Source: Botryllus schlosseri (lineage: Eukaryota). Taken from it: a stretch of 64,000 bases of DNA. Below the pieces are notes generated by a model. The model saw only the letters and a program-made list of their open reading frames with translations, was not told the DNA's origin and made no database searches. The DNA lies in contig CM119371.1 in the NCBI GenBank assembly GCA_051294905.1, positions 21,702,001 through 21,766,000 on the forward strand, written 5' to 3'. Position 1 is the stretch's first letter. Each line of letters starts with the position of its first letter. Below, piece after piece: positions 52,446 through 64,000 of this stretch. The position numbers and the translations under genes are program-made.

Positions 52446-53869
52446 CTAGATATGAATTAGAAAATGCAGAAACAAAAACAAATGCAATCGTCACCAGTAC
52501 AACTGTCAACCATACAACTCAGATACCGTATTCAGGCCCATAAATAATTCACGCTTACATAAACCATAATGGCGTCTTAGGCCCTTTCTTTGTGGACAAA
52601 CCTCATAATACTCGGTGCTAGAATAGAGGGTTGTAATAGTCACAAGGTTCCAAGTCACATATAGTTGTGACTTGAGAGTCAATTTAACCCATTTTCGTGT
52701 TTGAGTTCCGTGATTGATTCCGTGACGAGAAGTTGTCGTCGGACAACTACCCCTGAGTTGATCAGGTGGTTTCGATATTAAACATTTCGGAAACCTTATT
52801 GATTGACTGTTGTAGGTCGTATATCAAAATACTGTGCTGTTTTGAATCGATGAATGTATCAATTAACTCAATTCAACTGACTGATAGAGTGAATTATTTA
52901 CGATTGCCGCTTTACCGACCACAGCTATACTGTTACGGCTGGCGCAACATCCACACGTTCGCTGTCATGTTATTTAATAGAAAACAGCAAGCTCTATCTC
53001 TATTTAATAATATCAATTCCAAATGTTTCGGAATTGGACAGTTCTAGGGTTTGGACCTGCGGTGTTAATAGATACTGAATGATGAATGATGATATGACGT
53101 TCTGTACATATTTGATATCTTCATCTTGCTGATCCAACGACAAACAAAACACATATCGCTCGATGGCTCGCGTTAGATAAATGTGTCTTAGGACGTTTAC
53201 TTCTCGAAAAGTGGTATCGCCAGTCTACCTGTGTTCAGCAATTATTTATCAACAAACATTTAGATAACAGTACGGGTCATTCAGTTGTTCCATATGATAC
53301 GGCTACATTGTCACATCCATTTTATGCGGCAATATGAATACCTTTATTTTTCACAAAACGTTTTTGTATAAATCATTTTCCCGTCGAACGTGATGTTTCA
53401 GTGCCGATTGGTTTGTAATAATATATAAGAAGTTTGTACTAGACGGCTTAGTGCTTTGTTCGAAGCAGGATTAATGAGTTGGCTGTGGCGAATGTTAATA
53501 TTGGATTGGTACTGAACCTTTTTCGACCTCGCGAACTTTCAAAAACAAAAATTCATTATCAATTTTATTACTACAAATGCACGCCACTTAAATTAATATT
53601 GGAAAAATTTAATGCTGTTTTTATTATAGATTGAAATATGGACATATTGAAGTTTCTGCAAGGAGAGACTCTCAAAGACTTGATAAAAACCTTTTATCTG
53701 ATTGTTATTGCTCGGCATCCTTGAAAGAAATGCGAGTTTGCAATTTACTAGAGCCTCTATTATACAGTCAAGTGACACTTCAGTCTACTGTCGGAGCTTA
53801 ACGAAGTTTGTTCAATAGTTTCCGTAGCTTTCGCATATAACTTCTCCGATACGAGAACGAGTTGCAGGT

Positions 53870-54027
53870 TGTGGTGATCGCTATCGTCTCATTTCGGTTT
53901 TGTTATTATTGCCTAATTGGTTGATTATGTACTGTAGTCCTAGGTATAAAACCATTGCGTTTCTATTCATAGTTTGTCTTAGTTAATAAAAGCCTTGGAT
54001 GTAAAGAGGTGTATTCGATTCACAACA
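53870..54027 (+). repeat. 5' LTR
   Basis: 4 mismatches against 58085-58242; TATAAAA at 53945, AATAAA at 53985. Confidence 0.95.
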
Positions 54028-54028
54028 A

Positions 54029-54047
54029 TTTTATTAACTAAGACAAA
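54029..54047 (+). promoter_or_regulatory. Primer-binding site complementary to the element's own LTR (self-priming type)
   Basis: TTTTATTAACTAAGACAAA is the exact reverse complement of 53973-53991. Confidence 0.8.
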
Positions 54048-54059
54048 GCAGCTTTAGTC

Positions 54060-57000
54060 ATGTCGGTCGATGGAGAAGCAGAAAACCGTCGACGCCCTAT
54101 TCTCATAAGGGTACCTACTCTTGAGGTGTTACCGAATGCTCCGGCCGTTCAGAAGTCATTCTGTCATTGGGAACGACAACTGGAATCCTACATAGCTGCT
54201 GCATCCTTTGCCGATGTCACAGTAGGTAAGCTTGCATTATTGTGTGGATTCATTTCGGCGGACGTCTACGCATTGATAGAAGAAAAGCAATCCTACGACG
54301 AAGCTTTGAAGTTATTACAGGATCTTTACAAACCTAAGAAAAATGTTATATTTTCAAGACATCTTCTCTCAAGTAGGGCGCAAGATACCCAGCGAGACCG
54401 TTCAGGAATTTCACCAAAGCTTATCAGCGCTCGCAAAGGATTGCGATTTCAAGAGTGTCACCGCCGAGCAATATCGCCAAGAATCCATGAGAGATGCTTT
54501 CATCAGAGGTTTGAAATCTTCCCATATACGTACGAGACTGCTTGAATACGAGGAACTGCCACTGCAAAAAGCGATTATCACTGCTATTTCACTGGAGAAA
54601 GATCAAGAATTTTCCACTTCCTATAAAGTTAATGACATCGATGCACGTTTCGTTGCAAGCACCTCTAACGATCCCAGCCGGCCTGCGAGAGACGCACCGG
54701 ATCCTCAGCTCAACACGGTTTCTGCAATTAGCAGAGTGTCCGAAGTCAAATCAATCAAAAAATGCACGTTCTGTGGAGGTACCCATGTCGCTAAGCGCGA
54801 CCAATGCCCAGCATCGATGGTTGAATGTTATAAATGTGGCAGACTTGGACATTTCAGAAAGTTCTGTAAATCAGAAAGCAAATACCTGGCTGCTGCTCCG
54901 AAATGTTTGAAGGACTCGACCATACCCCTTACAACTGCACAGCAGATATTCGATGCTATGCTCGATTCGGGAGCTGCTGAATGTTTCATCAAACTGGATA
55001 TTGCCATCAAACTATAGGTTTGTTTCCACAGGGACCAACTTACAGTATCAAATTGGCTTCCAACAAATGCGCCACCGATGTGCTAGGACACGTTACTGTC
55101 GTATTCATAGTGGCGTCACGTGAGTACACTCATCAATTTGGCATGATCGATGATTTATGTGCAGACTTCGTCCTCGGACTAGATTTCATGAGATTGCACA
55201 AGAAGGTTATTTTCGAATTCAAAGATGGCAAGAACGAGCCATTTACAGTAGGCGTAAACTCTCACTTGGCACTTGTTACTTCCAAAGTCGATGAACCGCT
55301 TCGTATATTCCAATTATTGACTCCAGATTGCAAACCTATTGCCGCTCCTTCTCGAAGGTATAGCAAAGAAGATAACGAATTTAATAAAGGAGAAGTACAG
55401 AAGCTCCTCAGTGACGGTATCATAGATCCGAGTCATTCACCTTGGCGTGCTCAGCCACTAGTAACCTGGGACGCGCGGCATAAACGAAGACTTGTCATTG
55501 ACTATTCAGTATCTATCAACAGGTACACCAATTTGGATGCTTATCCACTGCCACGTATAGAAGATGTTATCAATGAAGTCTCTAAAGGCAAGTACTATTC
55601 AGCCGTTGATTTGAAATCGACTTACCATCAAGTCCCGTTACACCCTGATGACAGACCTTTCACGGCGTTCGCCGCTTGCGGTTCACTTTACCAATTTTGC
55701 AGATTACCGTTCGGCGTCACGAATGGAGTAGCGGCTTATCAACGTTACATCGATTCGTTTATTTCAAAGCATCAATTACAGGGTGTAGTGGCGTATTTGG
55801 ATGATATTACAATCTATGGCGCGACCAAGGAAGAGCATGATATCCGCTTGAAAGCATTTTTAGATTCCGCAACAGCTTGTCACCTCACCATCAATACAGA
55901 GAAATCAAGTTTTGGAATCGAAGAAATACAATTGCTTGGATAACTGGTTGGTGGTACAGAACTTGAACACGGCATTTAACAGTATATTCATATTTATTGA
56001 CTTGAAGAACTTTTCGCGTGCCTCTTATCAAGAGCACCCGGCACGATAAAGAATATACAGAACAGATGGATTCAAAACCAAATGGCGAATTGTGACGTGA
56101 TAATGCAAATTTATAAATAACATGAATGGAAATTCAGCCATAGCAACAATGCAGCGTATATAGCAACAAGCAACTTGAAAAGTAGAGCGCGTGAGGTATA
56201 AAATACAAATACAATGAGACAATGCAGCAACACAGAGGAAAAAAATGAACAAAAACACGGACGAACAGCTAACAATTGCTTGGGCACAAAATATCTCACG
56301 GCAACATAAGTCCGGACCCTGACCACATGAAGCCGCTCCCGGAAATGGCCGCGCCAACGGACTCTAAAGGTTTGAAACGTATATGCGGTATGTTTTCATA
56401 TTATTCCAAATGGATTCACAATTTCTCGGCTAAGATTAGGCCTCTTATTCGTTCATCCAATTTTCCTTTGGGACCTGATGCTATTGCTGCTTTTCGTCAA
56501 TTGAAGAAAGAGATAATGGATGCATTTACAAAGACCAACCATTTACAGTTGAGTGCGACGCGTCAAACTGCGCCATTGCAGCAGTTTTGAATCAGTGTGA
56601 TCGGCCTGTAGCGTTCTTCTCTCGCACACTTACAAAGACAGAATCGAACTACCCCGCTATTGAGAAAGAAGCTCTCGCAATCATTGAATCGGTTCGGAAG
56701 TGGAACTACTTGCTTGCCAATGAGAAATTCCTTCTTGTTACAGATCAAAGAGCGTTATCTTACATATTTCAGAAGAAGCATCACAGCAAAATCAAGAATA
56801 CAAAACTTGCGCTATGGCGTCTTGAACTCAGCTCTTTCAACTATGACATTTCACATCGCGCGGGAATCGAAAACGTCGCTGCAGACACCTTGTCTCGTAT
56901 CTGCTCCGTAACCGGTTCAGGTCAAAATTTAAATGAAATCCATGCACAACTTGGCCATCCCGGAGTTAGCCGATTGGCCCACTTTGTTAAATCCAAGAAT

Positions 57001-58023
57001 TTACCGTATTCCACGGAAGACGTGAAACGTATCTGTTCCGGCTGCCGTGTATGCACAGAACTTAAACCTAGATTTTATAAAGGAGATTCTCACCAACTGA
57101 TCAAAGCCATTTATCCCTGACAAAGAATATCAATCGATTTCAAAGGTCCGGTCCCCTGTAAACGTAAATTCATTTTAATCATTGTCGACGAATATTCACG
57201 ATTCCCTTTTGCATTTCCATGCTACAATATGACGTCGGAAACCGTAATCGAATGTCTAATGACGTAGTTCACTCTCGTTGGATTGCCTGAATATGTACAT
57301 AGCGATAGATCGATGTCATTTATGTCGAAAAGAATGAACGATTTCCTAACGAAGAAAGGTGTTGCAACAAGTCAATCAACCCCTTATCACCCCACTGGCA
57401 ACTCCCAATGTGAGAGAACCAACCAAACTGTTTGGAGAACAGTTGAACCACTGCTTGCCCAATACCAAATGCCACTGTCCTCATGGGAGGAGGTACTCCC
57501 AGACGCATTACATTGTATCAGGTCGCTTCTGTGCACGGCTACAAATTGTACACCTCACGATCGATTTTTCTCTTTTCAAAGGCGATCAATGAATGGCTCT
57601 TCATTACCCGATTGGCTTTTCAAGTCGGGTACAGTTCTACTGCGTAAGTTCGTCCGCGATAAGAGTGACCCTTTATGCGATAAAGTGTATTTACTCGATG
57701 CTAATCCAAAATACGCTTTGATTCGCTATCCAGATGGAAGAGAGTCGACCGTCTCCACTACAGACCTTGCTCCTTATCCGCGTATGACCGAGGTCACCGA
57801 ATCCTTGCCACAAGGAAAGAAATCTCTTCCTTCTCAATCGGACTTGGATATGCCCTCCAGCGAAATCGAAGAAGAAAAGGTTACTCAGGCCGACGTATTC
57901 TGTAGTGAGGACGCTACCATCCCTGCTGAAATCGCTGACAATGCTCAAAGCAGTTCGACTCCGAGACGCTCTTCACGGACAAGACGAGCTCCTGATAGAT
58001 ATGGGGATTTCGTTTCTCATTAG
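54060..58023 (+). pseudogene. gag-pol polyprotein, disrupted
   Basis: CCHC knuckle CYKCGRLGHFRKFC, protease LDSGA, RT LPFG and YLDD, RNase H (EKEALAI, TDQ, ADTLSR), integrase HHCC and D,D,E; several frameshifts, stops (e.g. TGA 57118-57120) and a PLE insertion. Confidence 0.93.
55940..56271 (-). mobile_element. Solo Penelope-like pLTR (family B) inserted in Gypsy pol
   Basis: Reverse complement of about 13450-13782; TSD ACAATTGCTTGG (55928-55939, 56272-56283); carries the hammerhead motif at 56000-56045 with one stem I mismatch. Confidence 0.9.
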
Positions 58024-58084
58024 ATAACTTTTGTTTGAATTGGTTATTTTCAGCGCTAATGTCTGTTTTATTAGTCGGGGAGAT

Positions 58085-58242
58085 TGTGGTTATCGTTATC
58101 GTCTCATTTCGGTTTTGTTATTATTGCTTAATTGGTTGATTATGTACTGTAGTCCTAGGTATAAAACCATTGCGTTTCTATTCATTGTTTGTCTTAGTTA
58201 ATAAAAGCCTTGGATGTAAAGAGGTGTATTCGATTCACAACA
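58085..58242 (+). repeat. 3' LTR
   Basis: Direct repeat of 53870-54027. Confidence 0.95.
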
Positions 58243-58369
58243 CAGGTTACTTTAATATAATTTCTTATAGCACTTGCACCATTGAGACGTACAGCCGAAA
58301 TATACCACGAACCTTCTATTGACACACCACGCAGAGAAATACCTCCAGACATGGGGGAAGCGAGTGGCA

Positions 58370-58645
58370 CAGTTGGTTAAACACTGTAGTCACGACATCG
58401 ATGGTGGATTGTTCGAGTCTCGGCTCTGCCATGTTTCTATGTGTCGGAGGTTTATCTGGGCTCATCATCGCCGATCCCGCTGTAATACAGCGCATTGAAA
58501 AGCCCAGACGAAGAGAGAGCCGAACTCGTGAAAGGAGGCAGCAAATGAGCCGAAAAAAAAGACTGAAGTTCATGAAGACATGTCATTATGCGATTATGAA
58601 ATTTACTGTGTGGGCGCAAATAACCACGAGTTGCAAGCGCCACTT
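58370..58645. repeat. Unclassified repeat, near-identical inverted copy of about 62260-62545
   Basis: The ORF track gives the same peptides on opposite strands (58316-58643 minus, 62259-62537 plus). Confidence 0.8.
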
Positions 58646-59023
58646 ATATGCGGTAATAAAAAATAAAAAAATGAAAAAAAACCTCCAGACATGGTAAATC
58701 AAAATTCGATGTTCTATTTCTGCAATGAACGAACACGTGACCAACTTCTTGTATTTTGGAATTGAGGTGTAATATTCCGGACCGGCAGGAAACTTGTCAC
58801 TTGTTACTTCGTAAGAACAGACAGTTTCAACCCAAAATGATGATAAGTAGTACAATTCTAACATTATGTGAGAAAACACCTAATTCGCATATGTTAGGTC
58901 AAAATGTGGTCAAAATTAGTTTTTTAGGTCAAAAACTTCTCCGTTATGTATGCACTGATCATGAGAGATAAGGGCACATTGTCATATCCTCCTCCAAAAA
59001 ACGAGGTCTTGAGCCCCCATTAG

Positions 59024-60382
59024 CAGGCCGTGTTATTTTTTGGCATTTCCGGCGCCAGATGCCAAAACTGCCAATAATAAAAATTTGAAAATGCCAAAAA
59101 TAAACAATTTTTGGCATATGCCAAAAATAACACGGCCTGCCGAATAGTGGATTTCGTTCATGGTGTTGTGTTGACAGGACCGCGTTACAAGCGAGAAGAG
59201 CGTTTGTGGAAGGCAGGTTTCTTAATCTGGGTCCAGCCCGCCCATTAGGGGTGAAAGCATGGTGTCCTGAATGGTGTGGGCACAGCGTGATTGAACGGCT
59301 GACTGCATTTGGTTTACGTCATACTTTCCATTTGTCCAAAGGCAATTTTACGACCATTTTTGATCGGCTTGTCGAGCACTAAATTTGATAAAACGGGTAT
59401 CAATGAGAAGCTGCCGCAGTACTGATTATTAAAATATAAATTATATTCTGCTCATGGAGCTGGAACCCCCAAATCAAACACGATTTTTGCATTGTGATCG
59501 AGTTGAACATTGTGACGCAACAAACTGTCTGGCTATTTCTGAGCTGCAGAGTCTCGTTTTGCCAGACAGTCTTGTTGCGTCAATGTTCTTAAACAAGCTA
59601 ACCTTCCCAGGACTCTTCCATGCGAGTTGGTAATATTAAAGCCACCTGAAGTGACAAAAGTCCGCCGAAAATATATCGGTAGACTGAAGGAGAAATGATA
59701 GTCGGGCTACTATAGAATGTGTTGAGAGACAACACAGGAAACTCCTGGAAAAGGATCGGGAAGAAAATTCTTTCCGCGGTGAGATCGATGGCACTGGCGA
59801 AGTGATCTCTTTACATGATGCATGGAAGCCGGTTCGGCCCTCCAAAGATTTTGAAGCTCTGAAAACCTTTTGTGGATGACTGGCAACATTCTTTCCCTCA
59901 ACGGCTACTGTTGAAGCCACTATTTCCCAGATTCGCTGGGCGAGAAATGAATTTAGGAGGAACTTAGCTGACCTGAGTTTGGAAGTACTGTTACAGTGCA
60001 AACGATTTAAGTCTATTCAACAGCTGTAACAATCAGCTGTTGAGCATGTTTGTTAGGCTTTTCTGTCTTTCTTTTTTTGCTTATTGGCACCGAGTCCGAT
60101 GGATACTGCACATTTTGTGGTTTCTTTTGATATTATTAACCTATGAAATCGTTAGGTTTTTTCTTCTTCTTATTGTTTGTTGGCACTGATTATACGTGGA
60201 TGCTGCACATTTCGTGGTGTCTTTCGACAAACTAGCCCAAATAAAGCGCCTTTGTGACTAATTCGAGGCTGCAACTATCTATTTGGAGGACGATGCCCAA
60301 ACTGCCAAAACTAAAAATCGAAAAATGCCAAAAATAAGTTATTTTTGGCAGTTTTGGCATAAGCTAAAAATAACACGGCCTG
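59024..60382 (+). mobile_element. Internally deleted hAT-like transposon with an atypical transposase C-terminus
   Basis: TIRs CAGGCCGTGTTATTTTT / AAAAATAACACGGCCTG; TSD CCCATTAG; remnant LPRTLPCELV...LKTFCG*LATFFPSTATVEATISQIRWARNEFRRNLADLSLEVLLQCKRF (59600-60030). Confidence 0.8.
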
Positions 60383-61854
60383 CCCATTAGGGTACAAACA
60401 CAGCATCTGGACCTTGTTTTGTCCAGAACTCAATCCCTACACCTGCATTTCACCAGTTACCGTTGTATAGTAACTAGGGCGATTTTTGTGACTTGTCAAA
60501 ATTTGTCAAGCTTTTGTCAAAATTGAAGCGTTAGGTCAAAATTAATTATAACGTTAAAAAATTTTTCACCCGAGAATGTAGGAAAGTATCTTTCGTTCTA
60601 CTACAAACTACAACAAATTTTAATTATGTCTACCATAACACGTGATGTACCTGCTGGAATTCTTCAGAGGGCCAGATTTCGATTAATACTAGATTTTTTC
60701 AGGTTGAAAGTTGTCAGTTTTTCAGCCAAAAACGTTTTTTCGTGAAAAACTACTTCGTAAGGACAGATAGTTTAAACCAGAAATGGAGATAAGTAGTGCA
60801 GCCTTAACATTATGTGGGAAAACACCTATTTTGCATACGTGGGGTCGAAATTTGGTCAAAATTCAGTCAAAAAAGTCACAATTTTGATTTTTATGTCGAA
60901 ATATTCCATTTTTTAGGTCACAAATATCGTCCTAATAATAACATTCACAGCCACACCCACACCCACACATGCATCCCTTCCGTAGCAAAATACGCCCGGT
61001 TTAACGCGACTCATGAACGACCCGCATTCATTCTCCAGTCGCGCGGGGCGCGCAAGTTATTGAATGCGGAATGAACATAATATGATGAAATACATGAATA
61101 TATGACTATAATATGTGAAAATATTTATTCAATATTATTGGTAGTTGCACATTTTGCACATATGAATGAGATTAGATTTACCAGTAGAGGTTATGAAGCC
61201 GTGTTTTCTTAAATTTAAGGGATGTAATATCTCATCTTAATTACCCATGTTCCTGCAACACGGTGATTACTATTCGTGTGGTTCTCAATGGATAGTTGAG
61301 AACGTTCATTGCTATTGAGTACTTTCTTGAAGCATGTCGTTATTTCGTAAACTCCGAAAAATATTTTCGCTACTTTACGACGTGAAAAGTTGCTTGGAAT
61401 TCAAAACACAAATTTACTTATTAATATTTCTTCGTTGACCAATACCGTAGGCCAGACCTGGACAATGTGCGGTCGACGGAGTCATTCTGTGTGGCGCGCG
61501 AGAGAATGCTTAAATATAAAATCATAAAACCTGCGTTTTGAATGTGATGTATCAACTGGACATGAAATTCGTTTACTTTGATCCTGTTGATTATTACGCC
61601 AGGATTACGTTACCTACGTCCCTCACATGCGTAATCCAGATTCAAAATAAAGTCAATGCAGCAAATCATCAGTAGTAATTAATGTCACAACTCATCGGGA
61701 ATTACTTTTTCCACATAGTTTAGTTCAAACCTTCTTTGTTGCCATCGTTACATTACGCAATATACGGTTTGAAACTGTTACTTGACACGTTTCAAATTTC
61801 CTGTAATTCGTAAAACAAGTCAATCAGTGCTCGCGATTACTATATGACTTAGCA

Positions 61855-63200
61855 CAGGGGTCACCAACCCGGTGCCCGAGGGCACCAGGTAGCCCAAGGG
61901 GACTAGATGAGTAGCCCGCGAGCCCATTTTAAAAATAGGTGGAATAGCAGCATTTACCAATGTTCATCAGATTATTACCAGGGAGCTTTTAAATATATAG
62001 ATTGATTGATTCAGCTATTCTTGATCCAAACACACTAACATTGTAACTTACATGTATAAACACTTAAAAAATATCTTCAACTACAATAAGTTTGTTTGTT
62101 TGTTTTATTACATGGCGCTTATCGCTATTATAGTCATTTGCGCCCAGTATATGAATTTCATAAATGCCACATGTCTTTGTGCTTTTTGCTCCTCGAACGC
62201 GATCTTTAGCTGGCATCTTTCAAGAGTTGGGCTCTTGTTTTTTTATTAACGCATATAATTGGCGCTTGCAACTCGTGGTTATTTGCGCCCACACAGTAAA
62301 TTTCATAATCGCATAATGACATGTCTTCATGAACTTCATTCAGTCTTTTTTTTTCGGCTCATTTGCTGCCTCCTTTCACGAGTTCGGCTCTCTCTTCGTC
62401 TGGGCTTTTCAATGCGCTGTATTACAGCGGGATCGGCGATGATGAGCCCAGATAAACCTCCGACACATAGAAACATGGCAGAGCCGAGACTCGAACCATC
62501 AACCATCGATGTCGTGAGTCGTGACTGCAGTGTTTAACCAACTGCGCCATTCGCTTCCGAACTAAAATAAGTTATATATATATAATATATATGTATGTGA
62601 TAGAATAAACAGAAATTCAAGGTACGGCGCATTGCCCATAAAGGCGACATGACGGAATGCCGTCCACGGTCTTCTTGAAATGGTAGGGGGCTCCGTTGCG
62701 ATAGATCGACGACCAGGACAATGCCAAAGTAGTAAACAATATTACTATTCGGAGTCAGATAGCCGTGAAGTACTAGCAGATTTTCGATATCTGTATACCC
62801 ATTACATAATGCATCTTTTGGCACAGCTTGTTTCTGTTACACTCAACGCAGTTTGATGTATCATGTTTCTATCTTTCTGTAATCGTTTAATCGTTGCTGC
62901 TGTCCGGCATAATGAAATCATGTAATTTCTGGATGCTGAACAGTTGGAGATTTAAATTGTAACACTACAAAATGACCCCCATCTCAGTCTGCAGCAAACG
63001 TTTGGTGCATTGTTGATACCGAAAAGTACAGTGGTTTATGCGCAGCAGCTATGAAAAATGCAAGCGTCTATGGTTCAACTTATCGTTGTGAATCAGCCTT
63101 TTGGGACATGAACTTCATCAAAAACAAACACAAAACACGCTTACTTAATGCACATCTGGAACAGTCACTCCGAACTGCACTGTCTAAGACAGACTTAGAT
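61855..63200 (+). mobile_element. hAT (Buster/SPIN-like) remnant, same family as 19910-20846, interrupted by another repeat
   Basis: Left end CAGGGGTCACCAACC; ASVYGSTYRCESAFWDMNFIKNKHKTRLLNAHLEQSLR at 63060-63180; distal TIR not identified. Confidence 0.75.
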
Positions 63201-64000
63201 GCAATATAGGTTCCGCAATATAGGCTCCGCCCTCAATTTGGCTATAAATCAACACAATTTAATTCATTTCCAAAACTGATCAAATTTAGCAAGGCAGGAC
63301 AGAACGACGCCAAGCTCTCTGTAGTCACTACCAGCATCAGGATTAGTCTCAGTGAAACCTACATTGAAATTAATTGATGTCCTTTTCAATGAGTTTTTGT
63401 TATTTTCAAACAAGTTTGTCAGCAATGTGAAAGACTAAACAACTGTAATGCGGATTCAAAATTGGCGTAAGATATACCTTATGTATACTATTATATCAGG
63501 GGTGGGCAGCCCGTACTGCCGCATGCGGTCGTAGAAGGGAATTTGTGCGGCCATCGACGCCTAATTCAATTAGTATGTGTTGGCAGCACTGAGCTATATA
63601 AACACTGGAGTGCGCTACTCGCGATATTTACGTTGTCACTAGAAACAGTTGCATTGTGGGGAATAGGCTGGACGATTTAGTACAGGAGCTTATGGAAAAA
63701 CGTCCAGTTTTAAAATATATTTGATTCGTATTGGGTTTGTAGTATTTTATACGAATGGAGCTTTGAATGAATAATCATCGTAACATTCAGGATTTGTTTC
63801 AGCCCAATATCTCGTGTTTATATCTGTGTTATCTGTGTATTTCGACATGTCGAAGATATAAGTGGTTTCGATTGTTCGTGGTAAAATAAGGTTGTCTATG
63901 TGTCATCGTATGTGTTTTTTGTGGTTATATTCCTGATGCAGATTGCTTTACTCGTATCCAGCATATTTTTCGTGTACAGAAATAACCAAGCTGTCAAAAG

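Larger units (their letters stand above)
53870..58242 (+). mobile_element. Full-length but disabled Ty3/Gypsy LTR retrotransposon
   Basis: 158-bp TG...CA LTRs, 5-bp TSD CAGGT (53865-53869, 58243-58247), domain order gag-PR-RT-RH-IN, purine-rich GGGGAGA before the 3' LTR. Confidence 0.97.

Noticed and set aside
54343..55020. Programmed ribosomal frameshift or readthrough between the Gypsy ORFs
   Set aside because: Breaks occur within gag, protease, RNase H and integrase, with no clear slippery site; better explained as decay
17..62824. Most 60-160 aa ORFs in the supplied track
   Set aside because: They lie within MITEs, on the antisense strand of transposon genes or in low-complexity DNA, often start at non-ATG codons and show no recognisable motifs

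Overview
Repeat-dense eukaryotic DNA with spliceosomal exons. An invertebrate animal such as an ascidian is my inference; no prokaryotic genes are present. Most of the window is nested transposon debris: many non-autonomous hAT elements with readable 8-bp target-site duplications (TSDs), Penelope-like element (PLE) fragments, a Chapaev3-like remnant, a tRNA-derived SINE, a LINE 3' end and one full-length but disabled Gypsy LTR retrotransposon (53870-58242). Host-gene content is two damaged cystinosin-like exons on the minus strand and a set of phase-0 plus-strand exons of an unrecognised gene, one of them tandemly duplicated. Two RNA-structure signals stand out. (1) Two different PLE families carry minimal hammerhead ribozymes that share a fully covarying 6-bp pseudoknot architecture, and one has a U3-A8 core variant. 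(2) The Gypsy element has no tRNA primer-binding site; instead a perfect 19-nt complement of its own LTR sits at that position, giving self-priming geometry that also covers the AATAAA. All calls were made by eye and no database searches were run.
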